Notes: a model not told the origin generated them from the sequence alone. DNA of 64,000 nt from Chrysomallon squamiferum (GCA_012295275.1 CM022668.1:12648001-12712000); one strand, 5' to 3'; counted from the first letter of the stretch, positions 29,114 through 43,007 are shown. A program made the numbers and translations.

Positions 29114-30390
29114 TTAATATTATTATTATTATTTTATTATTATTATTATTGTTATTATTGTTATTATTATTTTATTATAATTATTCTTATTTTTTTATTG
29201 TTTTTATTATTTTATTATTATTATTGTTATTATTATTTTATTATAATTATTCTTTTTTTTTATTGTTATTGTTATTCTTGTTATTATTATTTTATTGTTA
29301 TTATTGTTATTATTATTATTATTGTTATTATTATTATATTTTTTTAAATGTTATCCTTTTTTATTTGCCTATTTTTTATTTACTTGTTTATATAATATAT
29401 TAATTTATATATTGTTTGTTATTTATTTTATTTTTATTATTATTATTAATATTGTCTGTAAATGGGATTCTTACTCTTATCATTATTATTATTACTTCTA
29501 GTTTGATTAATAACTGTAATAGCAAATGTGGTAGTAATAATAGTAAAACTAGTAGTAATAGTAATAATATTAGCAGCAGTAGTAATAGTAGTACTAGTAG
29601 TAGTAGTAGTGGTATTCTGATAGTAATAGTAAGAATAGCTGTTGTTGTTGTTGCAGCAATACAGGTAATGATAGTAGTTGTAGCAGTAGTGGTAAGTGTA
29701 GTTGTTGTGGTAGTAGTTGTTAGATTATAAATTCTAGTAGTTTTAATACTGGTAGAGTAGTTGTAGTTGTACTAGTTGTAGTGGTAGTAGTGATAACAGC
29801 CATATTGATGGCTATAATAATAGAAGAAAATGTTGTAATTGTTGATATTGTAGTAGTTGTAGTAGCAGAAATAATAGTAGAACAGGTCATGATGGTCACA
29901 GTAGAAGCTGTATTAATAGTTGTAGTAGTAGTAGAACAAATAGTAGTAGTAGTAGTAATAGTAGTTGTAGTAGCAGTAATAATAGTAGAACAGGACATGA
30001 TGGTCACAGTAGAAGCTGTATTAATAGTTGTAGTAGTAGTAGTAGTAATAGTAGTGGTAGTAGCAGTAACAATTGTATAACAATGATAGAACAAGCAATG
30101 GTAGTTGTTGTAGAAACTTTTAATGGTTGTATAATAGAAGAACTAGTATCAATAGTTGAAGTAGTTGTTGTAGTAGTAGTAGTAGTGGTAGCAGTAATAA
30201 CAGAGTAGTTAAAAAAAATGGTAGAAATAATAGTAATATTAGGAATAGTAATAAAAAAATGGTTGCAGTAATAATAGGCGCTGCTGTCGTTGTAGCAGAA
30301 GCAGCAGCAGTAGTAGCTGCAGTAGAGTCATTAGTTGTTGTAGTAGTTGTTGTTCTTCTTGTAGTAGTAGATATAGTAATAGAGTAATAT
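28030..30390. repeat. Extended (AAT)n/(ATT)n/(AGT)n low-complexity region with a local 108-bp duplication
   Basis: Trinucleotide tracts at 28030-28130 and about 29070-30390. AACAGG(T/A)CATGATGGTCACAGTAGAAGCTGTATTAATAG occurs at 29881 and 29989. Confidence 0.9.
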
Positions 30391-30687
30391 ATTTTTTTTA
30401 ACTGTATGGTCATTGTAAAGTGCCAAATAGGTAATAAACTGCATAATCATCTTTCAGATGATACAATAATGCTGTTTCCATGGTAACAGTGCAATCAATG
30501 AAGTGACATCAATAATCACTCATAGTAACGACAAAATTGATCTCCAAATCAAAGCTAATTACTAAAATCTTATTATCATTAGAGTAATAGCAGCAATCTT
30601 AAATTAACAGTCATACAGCATCATCAGAGAGAGAACCTTGTTTCTTCAGTGGTTCTGGTAAAATATGTATGTTTATGCCTATATACA

Positions 30688-30721
<34 letters not shown>

Positions 30722-30816
30722 AAACATGTGGTATTTTTGAATATATACTTGTAAATACATACATATAGATATACACACACACACACACACACACACATAC
30801 ATACATACATACATAC

Positions 30817-30868
<52 letters not shown>

Positions 30869-30997
30869 ACACACACATACACATACCTAAATACTTAAAT
30901 ATACACAGACATACATTCATATGTACACACATATATGCACATACACATACATACAAACAAACACACATACATACATTCATACATATACATTTTGCAA

Positions 30998-31280
30998 GTC
31001 AGATTCTTTGGAATTCAGAATCCTTGCACTTCAGAATCTTTGGACTTCAGTATCCTTGCACTTCAGAATCTTTGAATATTTGACTTTGGACTTCAGTATC
31101 CTTGCACTTCAGAATCTTTGAAATTAAAAATCTTTGGACTTTGGTATTTTTGGACTCAGTATCGGTATCCTTGCACTTTGGAATCTTTGTGATTCAGAAT
31201 CTTTGGACTTCGGTATCCTTGCACTTCGGAATCGTTGCAATTCGGAATCTTTGGGCTTTCAGAATCTTTGAACTTCACAA
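30998..31280. repeat. 16-bp minisatellite TTCAG(A/T)ATC(C/T)TTG(C/G)AC, about 17 copies
   Basis: Alternating TTCAGAATCTTTGGAC and TTCAGTATCCTTGCAC units. Confidence 0.92.
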
Positions 31281-31855
31281 TATTCATATACCCCGCAGAA
31301 TGTTTGGCATTTCAAGGAAAACTTGTTCAGTAACTTAATGCCATGTTCAGTAGACAATCCTTGCACTCCCACTGCATTTAGCTCATCATACAAACATGTC
31401 ATCTGTGCTTCCTTTGCATGCAGTGATGATAAAAAGACATGCGAGAAAGTAATCTCGAAGAAATGGAATTTCAGTGCTAGAATTACGTAAAGATTTACCA
31501 TGATTGCACGCCATTCATTCGTACCGACTTGACAAAATCAATAACAGTCTTTTTCAGACAGGTTCTTGTTTCAATAAAACAAGAAAAAAAATATATATAA
31601 CCGAAAAAAAAAAAAAAAAAAAAATAATGTTTGTTTTAATATGTGTGGTTGAAAACAAAAAAGGGCAAGAAAATAGAATTGTAAATGACTAATTTAAAGT
31701 TTTTGTTTCGTTATTTTAAAAATAGAATGTTTTTCTGTTTCATTTTATTGTGATATGATTATGGTATTTATTTGTTTATTTAATTATTTATTTATTTTTT
31801 TTTATTTTTTTATTTATTATTAATTTATTAATTAATTTGGTTATTTATTTATATA

Positions 31856-31886
<31 letters not shown>

Positions 31887-32514
31887 TTTTTTGTCTTTTT
31901 GTTTTTTTATTTATTAAATTTATTTATTTTTTTGTCTTTTTGTTTTTAATTTATTATTAATTTATTTATTAATTTGGTTAATTTAATTATTTCAAATAAC
32001 AAAACATGATCTCTTTAATTGTAAATAATAAATTAATGTAAAAAAATGATGAACAACAATAATAAATTACTATAAAAATATCAACAAGAACAATAACACT
32101 AAACAAAATAACACACACAATAACAACAACAACACCAACAACAACAAAAAAGAAAAATAGATGTAACTAACAATTTACCAAATGAACGAAAAAGAAAGAG
32201 GCTCATCTTAACTATTTAACCAACAAAACGGAAAAAAAAAAAAAAAAAAAAAAATTCCTTTACTGATGTAACTGAAAGCAAATGGATGCTGAGGAATATA
32301 AAAGCTTTGTTATGCAGTTTCTTCTTCGATCCTGTAAATGGACAATTTAAATGCTGATAAACATGCCTCAGAGGAATAAAAACCATCCATCTTGGAAACT
32401 CTGAAAAGCATCAGATCTCTGAACACATCGTTGCATTGCATCCCCATAACCCACAGCATCGTCGCCAGTTCCGCGTGAGCGAGTTTTAATTCTCACTCGT
32501 GAATATCATCAGAA

Positions 32515-32950
32515 AAGATTGCAGCATGACCCCTGATTTGCATGCTTTTCCCATTCCAAACGTTGGCTTTTTGGGTCTTTTTTTTTTTTTTTTGGTGAAT
32601 AATTATTAACTCTTGAATATTGAAAAAATGGAAAAGTCGGTAGCATGAAGGATTGCATGGTTCTGGCCAGAGTTAAGCCTTTTTTCCCATTCCAAACATT
32701 GGCTCTTTGAATTTTTCATGAGTAAGTTTTAATTCTATCCACTGAGTGTCAAACGACAGAGAAATCAGGATTATTATGGACTGCATCATCTGATGAGACT
32801 TGAGGTGGTGTTTTTTTCACATTCCAAACATTGGCTCTGTAGGTTCTGAACAAAGAAGAAGGACTGTATCATCTTTTCCTTCTAACAACACCAACATACG
32901 TTATTTTTTTTTTTTTTTTTTTCACATTCTAACCATTGCCTGTTTTGGCT
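32515..32950. repeat. Degenerate repeat, 4 units of about 110-135 bp
   Basis: TTTTC(C/A)CATTCCAAAC(G/A)TTGGCT at about 32546, 32682 and 32814, with a weaker copy at about 32920. Each is preceded by GA(T/C)TG(C/T)A. Confidence 0.8.
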
Positions 32951-33003
32951 TAACTATTTTAATAATTATTGTTTTATCAGCTATAGTTCTTCCTCTAATT
33001 TTT

Positions 33004-33035
<32 letters not shown>

Positions 33036-33469
33036 TATTATTATTATAATTTATAACAATAAAGGCTGATAAACCATTAACAGCTATTCTTATTGATTGT
33101 TCCCACCTAGGGAGGTTTGAAACACAAGATATCACATCCATGTGTTGTGTATAATTGTTCCGAAACTGCTGTATCGCATAACTCATTAACTAATTGTCTC
33201 TCTTGGACTGTCTGGGAACCACCATGTGGCAAAACTGGTGCCACAGACATTTAGAACTGTGCCATGTATTCATGTATCATAGTCACAGACTCTGGATGAC
33301 ATTACCACAAGCTGGCACAGTTTCTAATTTGATCTCTCGTCGTTATAGCGAGGTGTGATTACGAAATGTTTAAAAAGGTAAAAATATTCAGATGTGGCAG
33401 AAGTGGATGATGCAGGTATTTCGACGAGACTTGAGGAAAAATTTGTGGGTGGTGTGTTTGTGTGTGGTG

Positions 33470-33825
33470 AATCAGAGATGTAATTGTTGTAATTCAAATA
33501 AGAGAATTTGTTATATCTCAAACAAAAGATTCTGTTATAATTTAACACAGGCTATGTTGTTAAAATTCAAACCAGAGATTGTATTTGTAACTCAAACCAG
33601 GAACTGTATTCTGTTTGTAAAATTCAAACCATACAGACCAAACCAGATATTGTATTATAACTCAAACCAATGATTGTATTATAACTCAAACCACAGACTG
33701 TATTATAATTCAAACCAGAGATTGTGTTATAACTCAAACCAGATACTGTATTATAACTTAAACTAGAGATTGTGTTATAATTCAAACCAGAGATTATTAT
33801 AAAAATCAAACCATAGATATTTTTT
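33470..33825. repeat. 24-bp minisatellite TTATAACTCAAACCAGAGATTGTA
   Basis: Regular 24-nt period at 33655-33800, decaying on the left. Confidence 0.9.
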
Positions 33826-34693
33826 TTATAAGTCACAAAATTCTGTATTATGACCTCTAAAACAGGTCACATTACATGTAGGTTCAGAGGAAGTCAAAAT
33901 CATGACAACTATGGTGGTAACTGAAAGAAAGAGTCCAAAGACACATATTACATTACATGTGTATTCACATAAACTAACTCACACAGACATACCTACATAG
34001 ATATACACAGACACACACACATACACACACATAGCTTGTATATAAAGTCTGAAACACAAGCTTCAGGATTGTTGGTCCTATATACAAATTATATTTTTGT
34101 TCATTTAAATTTAACTTAGACACCGAAGTTGGTGACATATATCTGGATAAATACGGTACACACACACACACAACAATCTGGCTTTAAACAGTAAATTAAC
34201 TCAACCTAGAATTTGCTACATTATTTATCTGTGCTATATTTTCATTATGTTGTGGGATTAATTATAAAAGTTCAAATGTACCCTTGGGAAATTGTAAAAC
34301 CACTGTCATAAATTATTATTATTTTTTTTATTTTTTTTTTTTTTCACCTTCAGGTGTTTTATAAAAGTACAGATTTACTTTAGTAAGTTCAGCTTGCCCT
34401 ACGATTATTGTTTTTTTTTTTTTTTTTTTTTTTCCTGCCATTGGAAAGTACACATAAAAGAAATTTTTTGTTGCTGAATTTGTAAAGATCGTGTGTCAGA
34501 AAGTCTCTGGTTCTGACAGCAACAGTTCTTTTAGGTTCTTTTTTCCAAATCTCGGGTATGTTGTAATAGCTGTAGTAAAGTGAAAATCTGCAGAAAGAAC
34601 AAATCATTATTTTTAAATTGTTTTATCCGACACCTGGTACACTACTAGGATAATCTGAAATTTAATTCTGGAAAATTCTATAAAGCCTTAACA

Positions 34694-34980
34694 CAGGTTG
34701 AGGATCCATTGTCTGAAAATCTGAAATCCGAAACTTTTTCTGAGCAGAACAAATATCAATATCTTACAGATTTTGTGACTGTTTTGCACCCCCAGATTTT
34801 AATTGATGAACAAAATTATTAAAAAATATCATAAACAAAAAACTATTTCTATAAGCTATATATAAAATATAAATGGAATTTCTATTCTATGGATGTCTTT
34901 TTATATTCCCAAAATCCCCAAAAAAATTCCCAAATCCAGTTTCTATACCCAAGCATTTTCGATAAAAGATTTTCAACCTG
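34694..34980. mobile_element. Non-autonomous pogo/Tigger-type DNA transposon (MITE), 287 bp
   Basis: Terminal inverted repeats: left CAGGTTGAGGATCCATTGTC versus right (reverse complement) CAGGTTGAAAATCTTTTATC, 15/20 identical, each followed by GAAAAT. Subterminal AAATCC repeats. Flanked by CA on both sides. No ORF. Confidence 0.8.
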
Positions 34981-35575
34981 CAGTAAAAAAAACCCTGCTG
35001 AATTTCAAACACCATGAAAAGAGTAACCTTTGTGTGACAGTGGGTTTCTTCTCTTTTGTACAGTCCTTAACCCTATAATCTCATACAAAAGGTAGATTAA
35101 AAATTGTGTAGACTTGTTTTTAAATAAAATATTCTCTTCGGCATCATGCCACAATTAAAATTCATCTTCATCATTTTTTTTAAAAGTCCTTAAAACTATA
35201 CACTTAATGTTGTATTCTAACCTTTGCCCTTTTTCTAAAGCTATTTTATTAACTATTTCAATGAAAACGAGAGGACACCAAGTACGCTGATGTAACTTAC
35301 ATGTCGATGCCTGAAAGAAGATTAAAGTTATTGATTTGACTTAAACGAAAGACACACACACACACACACACACACACGTATATATAGGTCTTCCTGAATT
35401 CAAAATCTATCAGATCTGTGCGCTAAATGTCACATGTAATAAAAACCATGTCTCCTGAGATAAACCTGCCATTACCTCCCTTTATTACACTCTTTTGTCA
35501 TCGGAGATTCATTATCAGCATCTGAGCAAGGTAAAAGCAAAAACGACAAAAAAAAAATTAATTTAGCAAACACAG

Positions 35576-35750
35576 TTTGAATGATATCCCCCACCTAGTG
35601 TATTATATTTGAATGATATCCCCCACCTAGTGTATTATATTTGAATGGTATCTGCCAGTGTATCATATTTGAATGATATCCCCCACCTAGTGTATTATAT
35701 TTGAATGATATCCCCCACACAGTGTATTATATTTGAATGATATCACCCTT
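35576..35750. repeat. 32-bp minisatellite TTTGAATGATATCCCCCACCTAGTGTATTATA, about 5.5 copies
   Basis: Units start at 35576, 35608, 35640 (28-bp variant), 35668, 35700 and 35732. Confidence 0.95.
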
Positions 35751-36480
35751 GTCAGTACAGTACTGTCAGTGTTTTGTCAGTAGAATACTCTCTGTGTCTT
35801 TTTCAGTACAGTACTATTGTCATTATGTTGTGTCAGAACATTACTGTCAGTTTTATGTTACATCACTGCACTACTGGCAGTCTTACATAATGTGACACTG
35901 TCAGAATATTACATCAGTGCAGTACTGTCAGTGTTACATAATATGGTACTGTCGCAGTGTTAGATGATACAGTACTGTCAGTTTTACATAATATGGTACT
36001 GTCAGAGTATTACATGGTACAGTACTGTCGGTGTTACATAATATGATACTGTCAGAGTGTTACATGGTACAGTACTGTCGGTGTCACATAATATGACACT
36101 GTCAGTGTGTTACATCAGTGCAGTACTGTCAGTGTTACATAATATGATACTGTCAGTGTGTTACATAGTACAGTCCTGTCAGTGTTACATAATATGATAC
36201 TGTCAGTGTATTACATAGTACAGTCCTGTCAGTGTTACATAATGTGATATTGTCAGACTGTTACATGGTATAATACTGTCAGTGATACATAATATGATAC
36301 TGTCAGTGTTACATAATATGATACTGTCAGTGTTACATGGTACAGTACTGTCAGTGTTACATAATATGATACTGTCAGAGTGTTACATGGTACAGTACTG
36401 TCAGTGTTACATAATATGGTACTGTCGTAGTGTTAGATGATACAGTACTGTCAGTGTTACATAATGTGATACTGTCAGAC
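35750..36480. repeat. Minisatellite of alternating 24/26-bp units (50-bp higher-order repeat)
   Basis: ACTGTCAGTGTTACATAATATGAT alternates with ACTGTCAGAGTGTTACATGGTACAGT. The 50-nt period is visible at 36031, 36081, 36131, 36181, 36231 and 36281. Confidence 0.95.
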
Positions 36481-37350
36481 AGTTATTGGGTAAAATCCTG
36501 TCAGCTTATTAAGTCAATGTTCTACACAGTTTCATTCTCTCAGTGTTTATTACTAAATTATATTCCAGTGTAGTACAGTACAAATGTTTTATGTCACAGG
36601 AAATCATGCAATATCTAATATTACTTTAAACTTTCAAAACTGATGTGTATCAAGTGCATCATTACAGTGTGCCCGTTATTACAGATAGTAAATAATGTAG
36701 TGTGTGTTACAGAGATTTCTCATTTGTTTGTAACTGTATATGGGTGGGTTTTATACTAGCAAATTTAATGGGTTTTTTTTTTTTTTTTTTTTTTAGCTTT
36801 TGATTCTGTTTGTTTTTTCACTGTATCTGTTCTGATGTTGTAAATTGCATGATGCAAGTTCGTGAATAACCCTGCATGAAAATTTAATGGTGTTAAGAAT
36901 TTAATCTGTTTAAGCAACCAGTTTAGAAAGCATTAAATGGAAAATAAGTTAATAGTTGAAAGAATACGTGAAGTAAATATTATTAAAAATTATTATTAAA
37001 AAGAAAAAAGAATCAAAAGAAAGATAAATTTGCTAATAAATATAAAAAATAAATTACTATAAATGCTAAAGAAGATGTGTTAATCAATGAATAATAAATA
37101 GTTAAAGGAACATTGGAATAATACAGTTAAGTTTTTATGTTGAAATCTTGGTGTTTATGTGTTTGTTTGTGCATGCACACACCAACATTTCAGTTTTGCT
37201 AAAACTGTAGTGTTCTTTTGAATTTTTACTCACACACACACACACACACAAACATCTATACACACACACACACACATCTATATATTCACACACATAAACA
37301 CACACACACATGCAGACATCAATATATTCACACAGACATGCAGATATTAA

Positions 37351-37407
<57 letters not shown>

Positions 37408-37773
37408 CACAAAACCTTGGGTTCATGAAGTCACTCAGAAAATACTTTCAACATTATTATAATTAATTCCCCTTGCTTCCTTGATATCCAATTCATTAAA
37501 CAGAATCACTGATAACCACTAATTATTATTATTTTTTTTTTTTCACCCTCTGATATTTGATATGTAATAAAATATTAATATCTACCATGGTTCATTATAC
37601 AGATATACACAAGTTAGCAAAGACCACAAATGCCCCAGGGAGATGTTCAAATATTGATGTCATAATAATTGAAAGTATTAAATTTTTCGCTTTATTCTGT
37701 AACAGCAAAATTTGATATTTTCTTTTAAAAGATGTGGGTGGTGTTTTTATCAGTTTAAAAATAAATCTGCATT

Positions 37774-37806
<33 letters not shown>

Positions 37807-37859
37807 GCCATTAGATTTATATCAATTTGTTTTTTCAAAAATACCTGTATAAATAAATA

Positions 37860-37866
37860 CATATGT

Positions 37867-37897
<31 letters not shown>

Positions 37898-37910
37898 ACA
37901 TATATACATG

Positions 37911-37959
<49 letters not shown>

Positions 37960-38016
37960 ATACATATATATATCTATATATATATATGTATACATATATA
38001 CATGTATATACATATA

Positions 38017-38048
<32 letters not shown>

Positions 38049-38156
38049 CATGTATATATTTATATATACACATACATAATTTATGTGCATATATACATAC
38101 ATATACACATATATAGTTACACACATCTGTAAACATATATACATAAACACACACAC

Positions 38157-38190
<34 letters not shown>
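37860..38190. repeat. (AT)n-rich compound microsatellite
   Basis: Long (AT)n runs punctuated by TACATGTATATAC, then (CA)n. Confidence 0.95.
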
Positions 38191-38194
<4 letters not shown>

Positions 38195-39068
38195 AATTAA
38201 ATAAACTAAACCTTTAATTACATTTCTCCAAAAAAAACAGTTCATCTTATTTTTCTGTAATTACCAAGCTAACATTTTCTGAACTACAAAAAAACAAAAA
38301 AAACAAAAAAACCTACCTCTTAACTGATATTTAAAAAAAATATATATATATACATGTATATATATATCCATGAAGAAGGAAATGATTTCTCTATATATGG
38401 CATAAATTTAAAAAAAAAAAATCTTTATTCTGCATCACACATAAAAACGTGATATTTTTTACTGGACTTTTTCGTCTCAAGTTCCAAGCCTATCAAAACA
38501 TCTTTTGTAAATATCAGAAGAAAAAAAAGAAAAAAAAAAACGTAAATGTACACGTTCCCAACCATTTCTCCCGAGATAACATTCACCATTAATGAGTTAT
38601 TACCTCCCTTGATTACACGCCATTGACGGTGGTTCAAAATGTTTGTAAACTGTGTCGTCAGAGAAAGAGAGCGTTTAGTGTGATGTGAAGCCATTAGTGT
38701 CTTCGTGTGGTGTGTGTGATATTGTTGTGTTTACACACCGGAGTAACAGATACTGTTTTTATGTGTTAAACATTTTATTTTATTTTTTTTTTTTTTGAAT
38801 TTTTTTTTTTTTTTTTTTTTTTACGGGTAACATTTTTTTATAAACAGTAAATGTGCTGTGAGAGATATGGAAATAAAAATAAAGATTAAAAATTTAATTT
38901 TATATGTGTATGTGTGTGTGTGTGTACATATATATAATAAAAATATTTTTTGGGAATTTTATATTTTTATTTTATTGATAGAATACAACATTGCAAAGTG
39001 TAAAATGAATCTAATTTTAAATTTTAAAAGGAAAATCAATTCTAGTGATGTACCTGTGTGTGTGTATG

Positions 39069-39117
<49 letters not shown>

Positions 39118-39469
39118 TTTGGTACACACGTACTTGTCTCTGTGGCTATGGGTATGAGTTACTGCTGAGTTATATTACTGCATGTAATAACGTCTGATAT
39201 CGGATGATATTACACTTTCGTGTAATAACATGGTGGACTAAATCATATTATTATACATGAGAGTGTTTCCCCAGCTCAGATATGTCAGCAAAAAAAAAGT
39301 TCCATCATTTTATTTTGTTCTGATCTCCGAGAATTGATTCATTAGTAATGACAGTTGTACTGATAAAAGCCGTTTTTTTTTTTTTATTTAATACAATTTC
39401 TTCTTTTGTTGTAAATTTATATTTTAATTTTAATTTTATTTTTTTATATTTTATTTATTTTTTTATTTT

Positions 39470-39946
39470 TTTATTTATTATTATTATTATTATTATTGCT
39501 GTTGTTGTTGTTACTACTACTATAATTATTGTGATTATTACTATTATTACTATTATTATTATTATTATTATATTATTATTATTATTTTTATATTATTATT
39601 ATTATTATTATTGTTACTACTACTATAATTATATAATTATTACTATTATTACTATTACTACTATTATTATTATTATTATAATTATTACTATTATTATTAT
39701 TGTTGTTGTTGTTATTTGCTTTCTTTCTTTCTGTTTTTATTTATTTCTTACTTATTTCTCTCCTTTTTTTATTACTGTTGTTGTTGTTGTTGATGTTTTA
39801 ATATTTCTGCTACTGTTGCTATTATTATCATCATGATTTTTATCTTTTTCACTCATTTTTTTCTGTCTCTTTTCTATTTTTCTACAATTTGTTATTCTTA
39901 GTTATTATTATTATTATCATTTGTTATTATTTATTATTATTATTAT

Positions 39947-39984
<38 letters not shown>

Positions 39985-40447
39985 TTTCATTACTAGCAAT
40001 ATTACTATTATTATTACATTTATTGATATTTTTTATTACTGTTATTAATATTATCGTTGTTGTTATTATTTCTATTCTTTTTTTAGGGATGCTCATTAAC
40101 AAGTGAAAGTAAAATGTCACTTCTGTCTCTTTCCATTAACTGCACACAAAGAAACAGAGGAAGAGCAGCATCACACCGGTGGAAATAAAGAACAAAGAAG
40201 ACTGAAAGGAAGCAGCAAAAAGATGTAGAGGAAGGAAAAGAAAACTGAAACAAAAACAGCGAAGAAAGAAAAACTGAGTGAATATTTATTGAATATTTTA
40301 GATTTGTCAGTAATAAATAGTTTAAATAATTGATGTTGTAATGATGTATATGAAACAGAACAGGTATGTGTGTGTATATAGATATATATATATATATATC
40401 TATATACAGCACACACATATACATACATACATACATACATACATACA

Positions 40448-40493
<46 letters not shown>

Positions 40494-40528
40494 GCACACA
40501 CATATACATACATACAAACATACATACA

Positions 40529-40580
<52 letters not shown>

Positions 40581-40656
40581 GCACACACATATACATACAT
40601 ACAAACATACATACATACATACATATATATACACACATATACATAAATAAATGAAT

Positions 40657-40720
<64 letters not shown>
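39470..40720. repeat. (ATT)n/(AGT)n tracts followed by (ACAT)n/(AT)n/(CA)n
   Basis: Directly visible; a short unique stretch lies at about 40090-40360. Confidence 0.9.
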
Positions 40721-40722
<2 letters not shown>

Positions 40723-41084
40723 GAAAACCAGAAAAAAAAAAAAAAAATTTTTTTTTTTAAATCAAAAACTTTTGTAACATTACTTTAGCTTCATCCAGCA
40801 AACTTGAAGACATTTCAAGGTAAGTGCTTACCTAATCTTTCACTGCAGCAAACACAATTAACCTTCTGTGCAGGTAATCCTGGCCTAATCTCACCTTCAA
40901 TAAGAAATGGATGTTTATCCTAAGCAAACAGCTATCCTGAGCATGTTAATAACCACTAAGAGGAAATCTTCCTTGTGTTTTTTTTTTTTTTTTTTTTTGT
41001 AGGCGTATCTTGAATATATGTATTTAGTTTAAACTTATTTTTACTTAGAGTTTAGAATGATAATTTAGAATAGAAGAAACAAAA

Positions 41085-41720
41085 AAATGTTTTATTTAAC
41101 AAGCCACTCAGTACATTTATATATTTTTTTATATGTTTGCTGTCAAGAAGTATTGATCCAGTGACCTGCCACACCTTGAACAGATACTTAACCACTGAGC
41201 TACATCATTATATGGCTTATATATATATATAGAGAGAGAGTTAGATTAGCTTGTATTAAATGATTAATGAGGATACAGATAATGAAAGAGAAAAAATTGA
41301 CACTACTTTTCTGATTAGCAGGAAGAACTCTTTTATAAGCACCTTCCCATTATTGTGAGAAAAACTACTACAACCTTTAATAAAACAGTCATTGAGTGTA
41401 TGTATGGTTTAGGAACATGTTCATGATGACAAAAGTAAATACACCTTAGCCATACAATAGGCTATTCCTTTTTATTAGCTGTAAGAGATATTTTAATTTT
41501 CCTTCCCACAGGCAGTAGAACACAAACCATTACCTTTGATAAATCAGTCTCCAGATCTACTTATGACAAAGAACCATGTAGCAAATGAGAAATAAATCAA
41601 CTGATATTATATGATAAGCTATACTTTTTTTTTTCTATTAGCTGTAAGAGACCTTTTATTTGTACCTTCCCATAGACACGAGAACACAGAGCATGAATCA
41701 AACGCATAATCTTTATCATT
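41085..41720 (-). mobile_element. Cluster of 3-4 decayed SINE fragments (same family as 26777-26974)
   Basis: Core ATTAGC(A/T)G(G/T)AAGA..TTTTA..CCTTCCCA at about 41314, 41474 and 41637. A reversed tRNA-head-like segment (GATCC...ACCACTGAGCTACATC) lies at 41155-41205. Confidence 0.55.
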
Positions 41721-42309
41721 CAGATCAAGCCTATCGTGTCTGTGGAGTCTAAATTTGGTTACCGGTGCTGAACAGTTCATAAATATCTCTGACCTAATTA
41801 CCAGCATTTGAATGTGGCTGCATCAGCATGTGACGATGCTTTTGAAATCTTATCAAGAGAAATGTTTGATTTCAAAAGTCGAACATCAAAATATTATTCT
41901 TAGCTGTCGCATTTAAATGACAATGCGCAAGTATACGAATTTCGTTAATTTAAATGTTGAATTTTGACTAATTTTCAGTTGTATGAATTTACTTGACAGC
42001 TCAGTAAATACCAGGAATACCTAACAGATATGAATGTGGTAGTAAATGTATTTTATAGGTATGCTGATACAGAACTGAGAGCCAGAAAATTTCATTAATG
42101 CTATTTCATTTAATTCATAGATGTCTGAAAAAAGCATGGCCCATCTATGTCTGTGTTGGTTTTAGTGGATGAGAAATTGCGTTCCAGTCTAATGGGTTTC
42201 GGTGTTCGGGTAATCCAGTTTGCACTAAGAGCTGTGTAACTGGATCTTGTTAGATATAAACTTGAAGTACTCTAACTAATCCGTGATCCAATTTAGAGTT
42301 GAGTCTTGT

Positions 42310-42582
42310 TTGTGTGTGTGTGTGTGCATGTGTGTGTGTCTGTGTGTGTTTGTGTGTGTGAGTGTATGTGTGTCTGTGTGTGTGTATGTGAGTGTATGTG
42401 TGTGTGTGTGTGTGTGTGCATATGTTTGTGTGTGTGTGTTTCTGTCATGTGTGTATGTATGTGTGTGTGTGCTGTGCATCTGCATGTGTGTGTGTGTGTG
42501 TGTGTCTGTGTGTGTTTGTGTGTGTGTGTGTGTTTGTGTGTGTGAGTGTTTGTGTTTGTATTTGTGTCTTTATGTTTCATAT

Positions 42583-42628
<46 letters not shown>

Positions 42629-42970
42629 ATTTTCCATCTAATGAAAACCAATATACAAACAAGCAATCCCATTTAACTACTACTACTACTACTACTACTA
42701 CAACAACTACAACTACTACAACCACTGCTACTGCTACAGCTACTACTACTACTACTACTACTATTACCACTACTACTACTACTACTACTACTACCACTAC
42801 TATTACCACTATTAACACTACTACAACTACTGCAACCACTACTACTACTACTACTGTTACTACCACTACTACTACTACAACTACTACTACTACTACAACA
42901 TCTACTACCACTACTACAATTACTACTACTATTATTATTATTTTTATTACTACTACAACAACTATGACAA

Positions 42971-43007
<37 letters not shown>

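Noticed and set aside
41839-41878. Hairpin CTTTTGAAATC-N18-GATTTCAAAAG as a pre-miRNA
   Set aside because: An 11-bp AT-rich stem is too short and matches no miRNA I recognise.
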